This document shows, piece by piece, positions 1 to 9,854 of a stretch of 64,000 nucleotides of DNA (position 1 is its first letter; each line of letters opens with the position of its first letter). A program made the position numbers and the translations under genes. The notes beneath the pieces were generated by a model, which was given only the letters and a program-made list of their open reading frames with translations, was not told the origin of the DNA and did no database searches. The DNA comes from a virus (Duplodnaviria > Caudoviricetes), in IMG/VR virus record IMGVR_UViG_3300017747_002922, positions 13,918-77,917 of that record. One strand, given 5' to 3'.

Positions 1-78
1 ACGCACGTTGCGACAAACACATAGGTGAAACCGGCCGACTTCTACGATCGAGAAAGTGCGCGGGGTAGTCTCTCCCCC

Positions 79-1038
79 ATGCCGATCGAGGAAACCGTCA
101 TCCCCCCCACTTCCGAGGCCCCCGCCTCCGAAGTCGCGCAACCCGAGGCCCCGGCTACCGCCGTGGTCGACGCCGCACCGGCCGACGCCGCCCCCAAGGG
201 CTTCGACGCGTTCGATGCGTGGTACGCCGAACGAACGGCAAGCGCCGAGGGTGTGGACAAGACGCTGGACGAGTTCGCGTCCGGGTTCACGGTCGACGCG
301 TTCAACGCGTTGGACCCCGCCGCGCAGACGACGGCCCTTGCCGTGCGCGCGCAGTACGAGCGCCGGATGGCCGCCGCCGAGAAGGCCGCGGAGGAGAAGG
401 TCGCCAAGGCCAAGGCCGAGGCGGACAAGATCCTTGCGACCGCCAAGGCCAAGGAGAAGCAGTTGGCCCAGCGTGAGCGCGCGATGTTCGCCGCTGCCGC
501 TGCCGCGCCGGATCCTGGTGCCGCCCCCGAAGTGGACGTCTTCACCAAGGAGGGGATGACCGCGAACGCGGAGTACCTCGCCAAGAAGGCGGCATGGGAA
601 GCGGCGGCCCCGATGCGCGAGCGTGAGCGCGCCGAGGCGACCCGGCTGGCGTGGGAGTCCACGCAGGAGACGTACCCCGACCTCGCAGACCCCAAGGTCT
701 ACAGCGAGTTCGAGGCGTTCATGGACGAGAAGAACAAGGGATGGGACCCCAAGAGCGGCACCCCTCCCCGCGTCAGCCTGAAGGTCGGCGCCGAGTTGTT
801 CTTCAACGCCCGCGAGCTTGCCCAAGCGCGTGCCGATCGTGCCGCCCGCGTTCAGGCCGAGGACCGTGCCCGCGCGACGGCCGCAACGCAGATCGGACGC
901 CGTGCTGGTGGTTCGCCCGCTGGCGACCCGCTGTCCATCTTCAACGCCAAGATCAAGGCCGACGAGAACGAGGCGTGGCGGTACTTCGCCGGCCTGCCCG
1001 AGGGCGACAAAGCCCGCATCCAAGCATCCTTCACCTGA
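79..1038 (+). CDS. Capsid scaffolding protein (putative)
   Basis: Acidic, Ala/Pro-rich N-terminus and a central coiled coil, directly upstream of the capsid gene. ATG at 79 preferred over the ORF-track start at 25. Confidence 0.7.
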   Translation: MPIEETVIPPTSEAPASEVAQPEAPATAVVDAAPADAAPKGFDAFDAWYAERTASAEGVDKTLDEFASGFTVDAFNALDPAAQTTALAVRAQYERRMAAAEKAAEEKVAKAKAEADKILATAKAKEKQLAQRERAMFAAAAAAPDPGAAPEVDVFTKEGMTANAEYLAKKAAWEAAAPMRERERAEATRLAWESTQETYPDLADPKVYSEFEAFMDEKNKGWDPKSGTPPRVSLKVGAELFFNARELAQARADRAARVQAEDRARATAATQIGRRAGGSPAGDPLSIFNAKIKADENEAWRYFAGLPEGDKARIQASFT

Positions 1039-1055
1039 CCTGACGGAGAATCCTC

Positions 1056-2135
1056 ATGCCCGCTGTCAATCTGAACTTCGAGATCAGCGTACTGGCCGCC
1101 GCCGGTCAGCGCGCCGCCAGCACGTCCCGTGACGGCCTCCGTCGCGCCTGTTCCCTGCTCCACGCGCAGGAGATGGTCAACGGCAAGGGCAAGCCGAAGT
1201 GGGAGGGTGGGCAGTACATGACCACCGAGATCACGGTGCAGAACCACACCGGGATCACGCAGTTCGTGGACGGCTACGAACTCTACGACGCGTCCGCCTA
1301 CGAGACGCAGCAGGTCCCCCGCTACCCGCTCGCGATCTCCGGCCTGATGATGAAGATCGGCGAGGCCGAACGTCGCCTGCTCGGCGCGACCGAGGGCGCG
1401 CTCCGGCACAAGGTCGAGACGCTGACCGAGGCCACCATGGGCTTCCTCCAGCGCCAGTGGCAGTCCCGCGTGCTCACCGGCACCGGAACCGGGTTCACGA
1501 ACTTCGTCACCCTCAACGGCATCGACTCGACCGCGGGCGTGTTCGAGCAGGACGCCGTCGGGTCGCAGTCCAACGTCATCGGCGGCGTGTCCAAGGCCAC
1601 GTACTCCGGCGTCATCGGCTGGCAGAACCAGGTTGCCAATCTGAACAATGCGTTCGGGACGAACCAGATCGGGCTGTTCGGCCTGATCGCGAACACCGAG
1701 GTCCACAAGCCGCTGAACAAGAAGAAGAAGGTGTGGCTGATGACCGTCAACGGCGTCACCTTCCTCAAGCGCGTCACCCAGGGCGTGCAGCGGTTCGTCT
1801 CGACCGACCCGAAGGACACCGACTTCGGCGTGCCCATCGAGTACTACGACGGCGTGAAGATCTACCAGGAGTCGTTCCTGCCGACCTCCGGCGTGAACAC
1901 GACCACCTACCCGATCACCGCCATGCTCCTCGACCTCGAAGACATCTTCTTCGCGTGGGGCGGCGAGATGTCCGACGTCGGCGGCAAACTCCCGTCCGGG
2001 TACTTCGGCATGGGCGACTGGCGCCTCATCGGCGGCCTCCAGAGCGTGCTCGGGTGCCCGATGTCGGTGGTCGGTCAGACCATCGTCGCGGACATGGGCT
2101 CGTCCGGCATCGCGTACGCTGGCGAAATCTTCTGA
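1056..2135 (+). CDS. Major capsid protein (HK97-fold, putative)
   Basis: 359 aa with a strong GGAG RBS, after the scaffold. Segments EGGQY, ISG and LTGTGTG..LNGI resemble phage coat proteins. Confidence 0.8.
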   Translation: MPAVNLNFEISVLAAAGQRAASTSRDGLRRACSLLHAQEMVNGKGKPKWEGGQYMTTEITVQNHTGITQFVDGYELYDASAYETQQVPRYPLAISGLMMKIGEAERRLLGATEGALRHKVETLTEATMGFLQRQWQSRVLTGTGTGFTNFVTLNGIDSTAGVFEQDAVGSQSNVIGGVSKATYSGVIGWQNQVANLNNAFGTNQIGLFGLIANTEVHKPLNKKKKVWLMTVNGVTFLKRVTQGVQRFVSTDPKDTDFGVPIEYYDGVKIYQESFLPTSGVNTTTYPITAMLLDLEDIFFAWGGEMSDVGGKLPSGYFGMGDWRLIGGLQSVLGCPMSVVGQTIVADMGSSGIAYAGEIF

Positions 2136-2150
2136 TCCTACGGAGTCTCC

Positions 2151-2606
2151 ATGAACGCAGTCAATCTCTCTGGTTTCGCTCTCGACGGAACCAACGTCGC
2201 GTCCGACGCGGCGCAGGTCACGACCTACTGGTGTACGGAGGCGGTCACCCTCGGTGACTGGATCTCCTTCTACGACTCGGACACCACGAATCCCGCCGGG
2301 ATGAAGGGCTACTCCGTGCGCAAGGCGATCAACTCCAACGCGGACGCGCTCTACGGCACGTTCGGCGTCGCCACGCAGACCACGACCGCCGCGGGTCCGC
2401 TCGGGGTCCAGGTCAAGGGCTACTGCGCCGTCGCCAACGTCACCACGGCCGCGGACGGGCAGTTGTCCATCGGTGGCACCGGTGGGCGCGCGATCGACTA
2501 CGCCGGCACCAACCCCGAGCTTCGGGTCATCGGGGTCACGCAGGCCGCCGCATCGGGCAACCTCGCCGCGGTGTTCATCTTCGAGCACCCGCGCCTGTCG
2601 GCCTGA
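2151..2606 (+). CDS. Capsid decoration/cement protein
   Basis: 151 aa, beta-rich and Gly/Ala/Thr-rich (FGVATQ..GVQVKGY..IGV), follows the capsid gene with a GGAG RBS. Confidence 0.6.
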   Translation: MNAVNLSGFALDGTNVASDAAQVTTYWCTEAVTLGDWISFYDSDTTNPAGMKGYSVRKAINSNADALYGTFGVATQTTTAAGPLGVQVKGYCAVANVTTAADGQLSIGGTGGRAIDYAGTNPELRVIGVTQAAASGNLAAVFIFEHPRLSA

Positions 2607-2673
2607 TCGGTACGCGTCAGGGGGTGGCCTCTGTTGCGGTTTCCTCCCTTCCGGCCACCACCTGACGTTTCCT

Positions 2674-2707
2674 GTAGGGGGTGCTTCGGCGCCCCCTACG
2701 CTGTTTT
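2674..2707 (+). terminator. Intrinsic terminator after the capsid/decoration genes
   Basis: Hairpin GTAGGGGGTGC-TTCG-GCGCCCCCTAC followed by GCTGTTTT. A second stem (2615-2667) lies upstream. Confidence 0.75.
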
Positions 2708-2716
2708 GGAGTCCCC

Positions 2717-4054
2717 ATGCCGTACGACGTCCGCCAGTACCGCACCCGGTTGGGCCAGATGCTCCAACACTCGCCGCCGACGATCGACGAACGCGAGTTC
2801 CGGGTCAACGCGTTGAACGCCGCGTACATGGCGATCAACGACATGGCCGACCTCCTGTTCGCGGAGGTCGAAACGGACTGGAAGGTGTGGACCGAGCGCG
2901 ACGGGCAGAACCTCGGGATCACGGTGGCCGTGACGAGCGGGTCGTACGCGTTCACGTTCAGCGGGTCGCTCGGCGCGTCGTTCACGTCGGACGCGGGCGG
3001 GCAGGACTTCGAGGACGACCAGGGCAACGTCTACACGATCAACCGGTTCACCTCAACGACCGCCGGCTACTTCGCGTCGCCCTACGCCGGGCCCACCAAC
3101 GCCGCGATGACGGTGTGGAAGATCAAGCCCTACCGCTTCTACATGCCGGTGGACTGCGCGCGCCCCCTCGCGTTCCTCAACCGCGACGTGAAGCAGCAGT
3201 GGGCGGGGTGGATCCCAATCATCGACCGGCGCACGGAGGAACGCAACTTCTCGCCGTGGTCGACCTACAGCAGCAACGTCGTGTACGTCGCAGACAACAC
3301 GGCCGAGTATGACCGCGCGCCCGACATCGGCATGACGCTCTCCGAGAGCACCGCCGCCGGTTCGCTCGCCGCCTCGTCCGACTACGAGGTTTGCTACACG
3401 ACGACGCAGGAGGGCCGCGAGTCGCCGCCGTCCAAGCCGGTGCGGATCACGATGTCGAGTTCGGTCGGCTTTCACGAGATCGTCGTGGCCGACTTGGAGG
3501 ACACGCGCGATGGCCTGCTCCCGACCGGCATCTACAAGAACGTGTACATCCGGCGCCTCACGTCCTCGCAGGACTTGCCGGCGGGTGACTTCTACAGCCG
3601 GTGGTTGCTCGCGTCCGCTGACGTGGCCGAGGCGACGACCACGGTGACGATCTCGTCCTTCCCGCGGTCCAGCAACAAGTCGCTGACGTACCAGAACGGC
3701 CGCAAGTTCATGCGCACGATCTGGCGCCCCGGTCAGGACATGACGTTGCGCCTCCGCTACCTCGTGCGCCCCGACCCGCTCGTGGCCGACTCGGACGTGC
3801 CGCGCAACTGGCCCCCGGCGTACCAGGATCTCGTTGTCCTCGGCGCCGCGATCGACATCGGCACGTCGCAAGGTCAGTCGACCGCGAAGATCGCCGAGTG
3901 GCGAAACCGGTACAAGACGCTGCTTGACGACATGCTCGCCAACTGCACGCAGGTCGCGAACGCACCATCGCAACGTCAGATGCGCACGGACGGCAGCGGC
4001 GCGGCGGGCGTCCTCTACACCAACGGCCCGGTCTACGGGAACTACGGGACCTGA
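2717..4054 (+). CDS. Head-tail adaptor (tail tubular A-like) with inserted Ig/FN3-like module
   Basis: GGAG RBS before ATG 2717. C-terminal LRYLVRPDPL..D.P..WP..YQDLVVLGAA is typical of adaptors. Confidence 0.65.
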   Translation: MPYDVRQYRTRLGQMLQHSPPTIDEREFRVNALNAAYMAINDMADLLFAEVETDWKVWTERDGQNLGITVAVTSGSYAFTFSGSLGASFTSDAGGQDFEDDQGNVYTINRFTSTTAGYFASPYAGPTNAAMTVWKIKPYRFYMPVDCARPLAFLNRDVKQQWAGWIPIIDRRTEERNFSPWSTYSSNVVYVADNTAEYDRAPDIGMTLSESTAAGSLAASSDYEVCYTTTQEGRESPPSKPVRITMSSSVGFHEIVVADLEDTRDGLLPTGIYKNVYIRRLTSSQDLPAGDFYSRWLLASADVAEATTTVTISSFPRSSNKSLTYQNGRKFMRTIWRPGQDMTLRLRYLVRPDPLVADSDVPRNWPPAYQDLVVLGAAIDIGTSQGQSTAKIAEWRNRYKTLLDDMLANCTQVANAPSQRQMRTDGSGAAGVLYTNGPVYGNYGT

Positions 4055-6211
4055 ATGGCGACCAGCAAGCCAGCGGCGATCGTCACCGACTTCCGAGGAC
4101 TCGACGAGCGATGGGATCCTGCTGCGGGCGCAGGCATCACCGCGGGCGTTGCCGAGGATCTATGGTGGGAACCGCGTGGGGCGTGGCAGTCGTCTGGCGG
4201 CTACCAGCGGATCGTCCGTGGGCCCCCGACGTTCCCAGCCCCCACGCCGCCGACGTACATCAACCCGTTCGCGTCGTCGGGCGCGATCGAGTCGATCCAC
4301 TGGTTCAGCCAGCACACGGGCGCGCGCCGGTGGCTCCTCTACATCGACAGCACCGGCGCCCTGTATGCGTTCAACCCGGCGACGGCGGCCCGGTCAGCGT
4401 CCCCCGGCAACCGCGCGCACGACCGCAACGGCGACCCGATCACGCGGTCAGTGGTTGAAGGCCCGTGGATCCGCTCGCAGTCGGCTTCGTGGGGCGACCG
4501 CCTCTACCTGGTCAACGGCATCGACGCGCCGCTGGTGTTCGACGGCTACGTGTGGGACATCGCCGGGTGGCAGGGTCCGGCCGGCGTCGCGACCGCGTCC
4601 CCGATGTCGAAGCCGCAGGCGACCGACAACGGCGGAACGGCGTCGATCAAGATCCCGAACGTCGGCCTTGGACCAACCAGCGACACGGGGGGCACCGACT
4701 ACAAGTACGCGCGTCGGTACCGGGTGTCGTACATCAACGACCGTGGGGCCGAGTCTCCGCTTTCCGAGCCCTCCGAGTTGGTCTACTTCGTCAACACGGG
4801 CGGGACGGGGTTCGCGGACGGCGCACACTTCGCGCAGGTGTCGATCCCTGTCGGCCCGGTGTCGTGTGTGGCCCGCCGGGTGTACGCGACGCAGAACGTG
4901 TACGACTCGACCGGAACGCTGATTCAAGGCCGGGATGAGCAATACTTCTTCTGGGGCGACATCCCCGACAACGTGACCGCGACCATTCAGGACTCGTTGG
5001 ATGACGGATACCTCGGCGCGCTCGTGGATCCGCTCCAGTTCGGCGCATGGCCCGCGTCCGCCGGCATCATCTCCGCGTTCAAGGAGCGCATGTACGCGGC
5101 GGTCGGCGGCGACGTGTACTTCTCGCGCCGGGGCAACCCCGAGGTGTGGCCCGCACTGAACGTCCTGTCGGTCGGCGACGCGCACCTGGGGCCGATCACC
5201 GGCATGTACGCGACCCGGAACGCGCTTGTGGTCACGAAGGCGCGTGGCATCTACCTCGTGAAAGACGACGGCGTGAACGACCCGGTGGCCGAGACGTTGA
5301 CGCGTCAGACCGGGTGCATCTCGCAGAACACGATCCGGGAGATCCCCGGGATCGGCATCATGTTCCTGTCCGACGACGGCGTCACGGTGCTCAAGGGCAC
5401 CTTGCAGAACGAGGGCGTGGAGACGCAGACGTTCAACGCGGGCGTCGGCTTGTGCGAGACGTTCAAGCGGATCAACCGGTCGGCCCTGACCAACGCGTGC
5501 GCCGCCGTCTACCACCGCGACAAGGAGTATTGGCTCGCGGTCCCGATGCTGGGGGCGCCGAACAACACGCTCGTGCTCGTGTTCCACTACGAGATCCGCG
5601 AGTGGACGACCCGGTCGTTCTTCCCGATCGCGTCTATCCTCGAAACGCCCGACGCCACGGGGTCGCTCCTGTTCGCGTCCTACGCGGCGACCACGGGCAC
5701 ATCCCCCGACGGCATCGCGCACCCCGGCATCTTCGTCTACTCGCGCGGGTGCGCCGACAAGGATGGGACGCCGATCACGCCCGCGTACCAGACCAACCAG
5801 ATCAGCGTCGCCGCGTCGTTCCGGACGTTCAAACCGCTGCATGTGATTCCGCGCGTCGTGATGCACGGTGAGAACAAGCTCCGGTGTTCCGTGTTCGCCA
5901 ACTACTCCCCGGCGCCGATTGCGCCCGTCCAAGGCGTGTTGCAGAAGTACCCGCAACAGTACGCGCCCGTGTACGGTGCCGCAGGGTCGAACGCAGCCAC
6001 CTACGACGCCGGCCTGTTGTGGGCGTCGTGGTTCCCGGGCACGGTGCGGTTCGACCTTCCCGGCGAGAACGGTCAACCCGTGTTCACCGCCGCGATCCGG
6101 TTTGAACCCGAAGCTGGCAAGCGGTACATGACGCTTGAAGGGACCTCGTTGGAGATCCAGCCCGCCGACCCGACCGAGACGAAACCCCTGAAGCCCGACG
6201 GGACGAACTGA
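4055..6211 (+). CDS. Tail nozzle (tail tubular B / P22 gp10-like beta-propeller)
   Basis: 718 aa with N-terminal DFRGL, beta-propeller-like repeats (RLYLVNG, RMYAAVGG..VYFS) and the expected podovirus synteny. Confidence 0.7.
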   Translation: MATSKPAAIVTDFRGLDERWDPAAGAGITAGVAEDLWWEPRGAWQSSGGYQRIVRGPPTFPAPTPPTYINPFASSGAIESIHWFSQHTGARRWLLYIDSTGALYAFNPATAARSASPGNRAHDRNGDPITRSVVEGPWIRSQSASWGDRLYLVNGIDAPLVFDGYVWDIAGWQGPAGVATASPMSKPQATDNGGTASIKIPNVGLGPTSDTGGTDYKYARRYRVSYINDRGAESPLSEPSELVYFVNTGGTGFADGAHFAQVSIPVGPVSCVARRVYATQNVYDSTGTLIQGRDEQYFFWGDIPDNVTATIQDSLDDGYLGALVDPLQFGAWPASAGIISAFKERMYAAVGGDVYFSRRGNPEVWPALNVLSVGDAHLGPITGMYATRNALVVTKARGIYLVKDDGVNDPVAETLTRQTGCISQNTIREIPGIGIMFLSDDGVTVLKGTLQNEGVETQTFNAGVGLCETFKRINRSALTNACAAVYHRDKEYWLAVPMLGAPNNTLVLVFHYEIREWTTRSFFPIASILETPDATGSLLFASYAATTGTSPDGIAHPGIFVYSRGCADKDGTPITPAYQTNQISVAASFRTFKPLHVIPRVVMHGENKLRCSVFANYSPAPIAPVQGVLQKYPQQYAPVYGAAGSNAATYDAGLLWASWFPGTVRFDLPGENGQPVFTAAIRFEPEAGKRYMTLEGTSLEIQPADPTETKPLKPDGTN

Positions 6212-6849
6212 TGGCACTCCGGTACGCCCCCACCTACGACGAGAACGGCGACGTCATCAACCCGGCGTTCTTCGTCGAGGGCATGGCCGTATTCGCGGGC
6301 GAGTTCAACAGCGGACTCGACCGCGACAACCTCCCGCCGTCCAGCATCGTCGCCGGCAACGTCGACTCCGAGGCGTTCACGTCCGTGTTCGGCGGCAACA
6401 CCGACGACGACTTCGCGTTGGACAACACGACGACAGCATGGCAGGGCGGCGAAGGCAACGACACGGCGGGGATCGGAAACTTCCCCTTCACCCTCGAACA
6501 AGACGCACACGTCATGGTGTTCTGGTCGGGGTCGTGGTCGTGGGATGGGACCTACTCGTGGGTTCCGGATGGCGCACGTCCCGACCACACCGACACGTTC
6601 GACACGATCCGGATCCGCGGCACGATCGACGGTCGCGAAATCTTCATGCTCGGACCCTTCGAGGACGGCGCGGTGGAGTGTTCGGCGTTCGGGACGGGTT
6701 CGATCCAGTTGCAAGCCGGGTCGTACACGCTCCGGATTCAGGCCGAGTCCGTGCGCCGGATCGCGCAGACGGACCAGACCGACGGGCAGACTACGAACGT
6801 CTGTACGTTCGATGAGCGTTCGACCACGATCGTTGTGAGGATCCGATGA
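6211..6849 (+). CDS. Tail-associated/collar protein
   Basis: 212 aa, beta-rich, translationally coupled to the nozzle gene. Confidence 0.5.
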   Translation: MALRYAPTYDENGDVINPAFFVEGMAVFAGEFNSGLDRDNLPPSSIVAGNVDSEAFTSVFGGNTDDDFALDNTTTAWQGGEGNDTAGIGNFPFTLEQDAHVMVFWSGSWSWDGTYSWVPDGARPDHTDTFDTIRIRGTIDGREIFMLGPFEDGAVECSAFGTGSIQLQAGSYTLRIQAESVRRIAQTDQTDGQTTNVCTFDERSTTIVVRIR

Positions 6850-7499
6850 GCACCGTTGAAGTCACGGATCTGGTCCCCGGGACGCCGGCAACGTCAACGT
6901 CGGTGAACGACACACTTACGTCGTGGAACACCGAAACCGCCGCCGGCCAGGTCGACGGCACGAACGTCCGCGTGGAGGGCGTCGACCGTTGGGTGATGAA
7001 CCCGGCCGGGAACGTCGTGGAGATGGACACGGAGGCGGCCGAGTACGAGGAAGCTTCGCCGTCGCTCGCCACCGCCGCATCTACTGCCCTGTCGGTTGTC
7101 TCGCTCGCGGGCGGCACCTCGGACATGGTGACCCCCGCGGCCCTAAACCTCTCCGCGAACTCCGACGTCATCGTCCACGCGTCAGTACGGGTGTACAGCG
7201 AGGCGATTGCTCCCGCGGCGTTGCCGGAAGTGGTGCTCTACCTTCAGTATTCGACCAACGCGGGGGCCACGTGGACGTCGTTCCCGGGTTCGCGGCGGCG
7301 CTATCAGATGCGCGAAACGGATGAACTCTGCTCGCTCGACTTGACCACTACGATCCCTGGCGTCGACCAGACCGCAACGTGGGCGCACTGGTTCGTCTCT
7401 CTCGCAGATGACTACCTGTTCCGCGTCGCCTTTGAGAACACGGACGGCATCTTCACGTTCAGCGACGGCGTGATCTCGCCGCAGGTGTTCCTGAAGTAG
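6846..7499 (+). CDS. Tail-associated/collar protein
   Basis: 217 aa, ATGA overlap, architecture similar to the previous gene. Confidence 0.5.
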   Translation: MSTVEVTDLVPGTPATSTSVNDTLTSWNTETAAGQVDGTNVRVEGVDRWVMNPAGNVVEMDTEAAEYEEASPSLATAASTALSVVSLAGGTSDMVTPAALNLSANSDVIVHASVRVYSEAIAPAALPEVVLYLQYSTNAGATWTSFPGSRRRYQMRETDELCSLDLTTTIPGVDQTATWAHWFVSLADDYLFRVAFENTDGIFTFSDGVISPQVFLK

Positions 7500-7546
7500 T
7501 TGACGTGACCCTGACGGCGGGTAAGGCCGATCACGAGGAACCCGCC

Positions 7547-7870
7547 ATGATCACCCTGCTTCTCGCCTGCGCCGCCCCCGACAGCGATACCACCACGCCC
7601 ATCATCGGCGCGGACACCGACACCAAGGCCACCGAAGGCCCGCAGGTCGTCACGGTCGTCGAAGACCTCGGCGCGTGCGGGGCAGAGGAAGAGCTTGACG
7701 TGCGCGTCCCCGACGGTCAGTTGGTCGGGTTGCAGTCGTCGATCGTGTACGAGGATGGCCGCACGCTGTACCGATCGGACGCCACCGCCTACGTCGATGA
7801 CGGGTGGGTCGTCGTTCGGTGTGCCGAGGGTCAACCCGTCACCGTCATCATGTGGGTGCTGACCGAATGA
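7547..7870 (+). CDS. Small putative lipoprotein
   Basis: GAGG RBS; N-terminus MITLLLAC resembles a lipobox; followed by an acidic Thr-rich linker. Confidence 0.45.
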   Translation: MITLLLACAAPDSDTTTPIIGADTDTKATEGPQVVTVVEDLGACGAEEELDVRVPDGQLVGLQSSIVYEDGRTLYRSDATAYVDDGWVVVRCAEGQPVTVIMWVLTE

Positions 7871-8571
7871 GCACGAGCCTGACGCTGATCACCGCGAACT
7901 CCAACATCAACGCGACCGTACTCCGGACGCTGGTTGACGAGGTGCGCCTCTACGTGAACGAGCAGGTGGCGGCGGCGGACCTCGGCGCGTTCTTCATCAA
8001 GCCGAACCACATCTACCGCCCGGACTTCTTCGGCGGCACGAACCCGCACACGACGCTGACGAGCGGTGAGGTGTACTTCCGCAATCGCGACGACGACGTG
8101 GCGCGGGCGGCGTACTACTCGCACTACCTCGGCGAAGGGTACTTCCCGATCCCCGGCATGAACGCGACGATCCAGATTCCCGAGGACATCAACACGAACG
8201 GCGGCCATCGCGTACGGTTGCACGCGTCGCTGTACGCGTACGAGTACGGAGGGAATGACGGCCTCCTGAACGCAGGGATGCCCGAGGACGTGATCCCCGG
8301 CCAGCCGAACGCAGCCTTGTTCAAGGTGATGGTCAACGGGGTCGCGGTTGGTGGCGGCAAACCGCTGTACAAGGGTTCCATCGACGGAACCGAGCAATAC
8401 CGCGCGTACTACCCGCGAAAGCAGGTCAGCGCATTGTGGAGCGTCGCCTTGAACGAGGGTGTCCACACCCTCGGGATCGGCATCAACCCGCAGGCCCCCA
8501 CGACGGACGGGATCACGAAGCACTGCATCGTGCTCCAAGGCGGGCTAAACGTCCCTTACTGGTGTAGGTGA
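7867..8571 (+). CDS. Tail-associated/collar protein
   Basis: ATG at 7867 overlapping the previous stop; 234 aa, beta-rich. Confidence 0.5.
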   Translation: MSTSLTLITANSNINATVLRTLVDEVRLYVNEQVAAADLGAFFIKPNHIYRPDFFGGTNPHTTLTSGEVYFRNRDDDVARAAYYSHYLGEGYFPIPGMNATIQIPEDINTNGGHRVRLHASLYAYEYGGNDGLLNAGMPEDVIPGQPNAALFKVMVNGVAVGGGKPLYKGSIDGTEQYRAYYPRKQVSALWSVALNEGVHTLGIGINPQAPTTDGITKHCIVLQGGLNVPYWCR

Positions 8572-8575
8572 GATC

Positions 8576-9001
8576 ATGGCGATCGGACTGGATCTGACGA
8601 ACAAGCCGAAAGAAGGCACCAAAGAGCGATACGTCTCGGACAACAGCGTCGGCAACGCGGGCGCCGTGCTGACCGGGGCGGCGCAAGGCGCATCCGTCGG
8701 TTCGGTCGGCGGCCCGATCGGTGCCGTCATCGGTGCCGTCATGGGTGCCGCCCGTGCCGGCATCACCCAGCCGATCGAGGAGAAGAAGGCACTCGGCGAG
8801 GAGTACGACGCGATCAAGGCGGCCGAGGAGGAGCAGAAGAAGATGGAGCGCGACGCCGCCGCCGACGCCCGCGCTTCGGCCCGCGCCGCACCCCGCCTGA
8901 CACTCCCCAAGGCGTCCGTGTACGCGTCCAGCGACAGCTACGGGTCCACACTCCCCGACCCCATGGTGACGCGCTGGGATGCGTACAAGGGCGGTGCGTG
9001 A
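8576..9001 (+). CDS. Internal virion (pilot/ejection) protein, small
   Basis: Glycine zipper GAAQGASVGSVGGPIGAVIGAVMGAARAG followed by a coiled coil. Confidence 0.6.
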   Translation: MAIGLDLTNKPKEGTKERYVSDNSVGNAGAVLTGAAQGASVGSVGGPIGAVIGAVMGAARAGITQPIEEKKALGEEYDAIKAAEEEQKKMERDAAADARASARAAPRLTLPKASVYASSDSYGSTLPDPMVTRWDAYKGGA

Positions 9002-9804
9002 TGGCCGGCTACAACTACAAACTCGGCACCTACGACCTCGGCGAACCCCCCAAGGCGGCGACACTGTACGCCGACCCGTTCGACCAGGGCCCCGACTACT
9101 CGGCGATGTCGTACGAGGACATGAAGCGGTTGGAGGCGGGCGGCAACAAGCGGGCCACCATCGCCGCGGGCATCGGCGGACTCGGTTCGGCCGCGCAGAT
9201 CGCCGCCGCAGCACTCCCGACCGCGACCGACATCGAGAACGATCGTCGGCTTGCGGAGTTGAAGAAGCACAAGGGTCTGACTGAAGGCCAACGTGCGGAC
9301 ATCGACGAGCAGGCCATGCGGAAGGTCAACGCGTTCGCGGGCGAGTCGCAGGCCCGCACGGACAACGCGCTCGCGGCGTCGGGCCAGACCTCGGCGGCGG
9401 CCCTGAACCGGGCCCGCATCGCCGAGAAGACCGCACTGAACAACGCGGCGATTGACGCGGCCGACATCGGGATCCGCGAGAACCGGGCGCAGGTCCAGCG
9501 AGACACGATCGAGGAGCAGGAGCGGATCGGCGAGAAGGGCAAGCGTGAGGCCGAGATCAAGGGGTTGGTCGCGCGGACGATCTCGGAGGCGGTGCTCTCC
9601 GTCGCCAAGCCGATGGCCGCCGGCATCGTCGCGGACGAGCCCACGGACGCTCAACTGCTCTGGATGCAGAGCGCGAAGGACGCGAACGGGAACCCCCTCT
9701 ATCCGGGGCTCCAAGGCGCTTCGGGTGCCGACTCGATCCGTCGGATGTACCGGGCGATGGGCAAGCAGCAGAACCGACCGGACGGTGCCGTTCAGATGGC
9801 GTAG
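8998..9804 (+). CDS. Internal virion (ejection) protein
   Basis: Ala/Gly-rich and helical, with a GxxxG-like segment; lies in the ejection-gene block. Confidence 0.55.
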   Translation: MMAGYNYKLGTYDLGEPPKAATLYADPFDQGPDYSAMSYEDMKRLEAGGNKRATIAAGIGGLGSAAQIAAAALPTATDIENDRRLAELKKHKGLTEGQRADIDEQAMRKVNAFAGESQARTDNALAASGQTSAAALNRARIAEKTALNNAAIDAADIGIRENRAQVQRDTIEEQERIGEKGKREAEIKGLVARTISEAVLSVAKPMAAGIVADEPTDAQLLWMQSAKDANGNPLYPGLQGASGADSIRRMYRAMGKQQNRPDGAVQMA

Positions 9805-9854
9805 GGCGCACGCACGGGGGAACGTGCTAAAGTCCCCACGACTCCGGGTGAACC

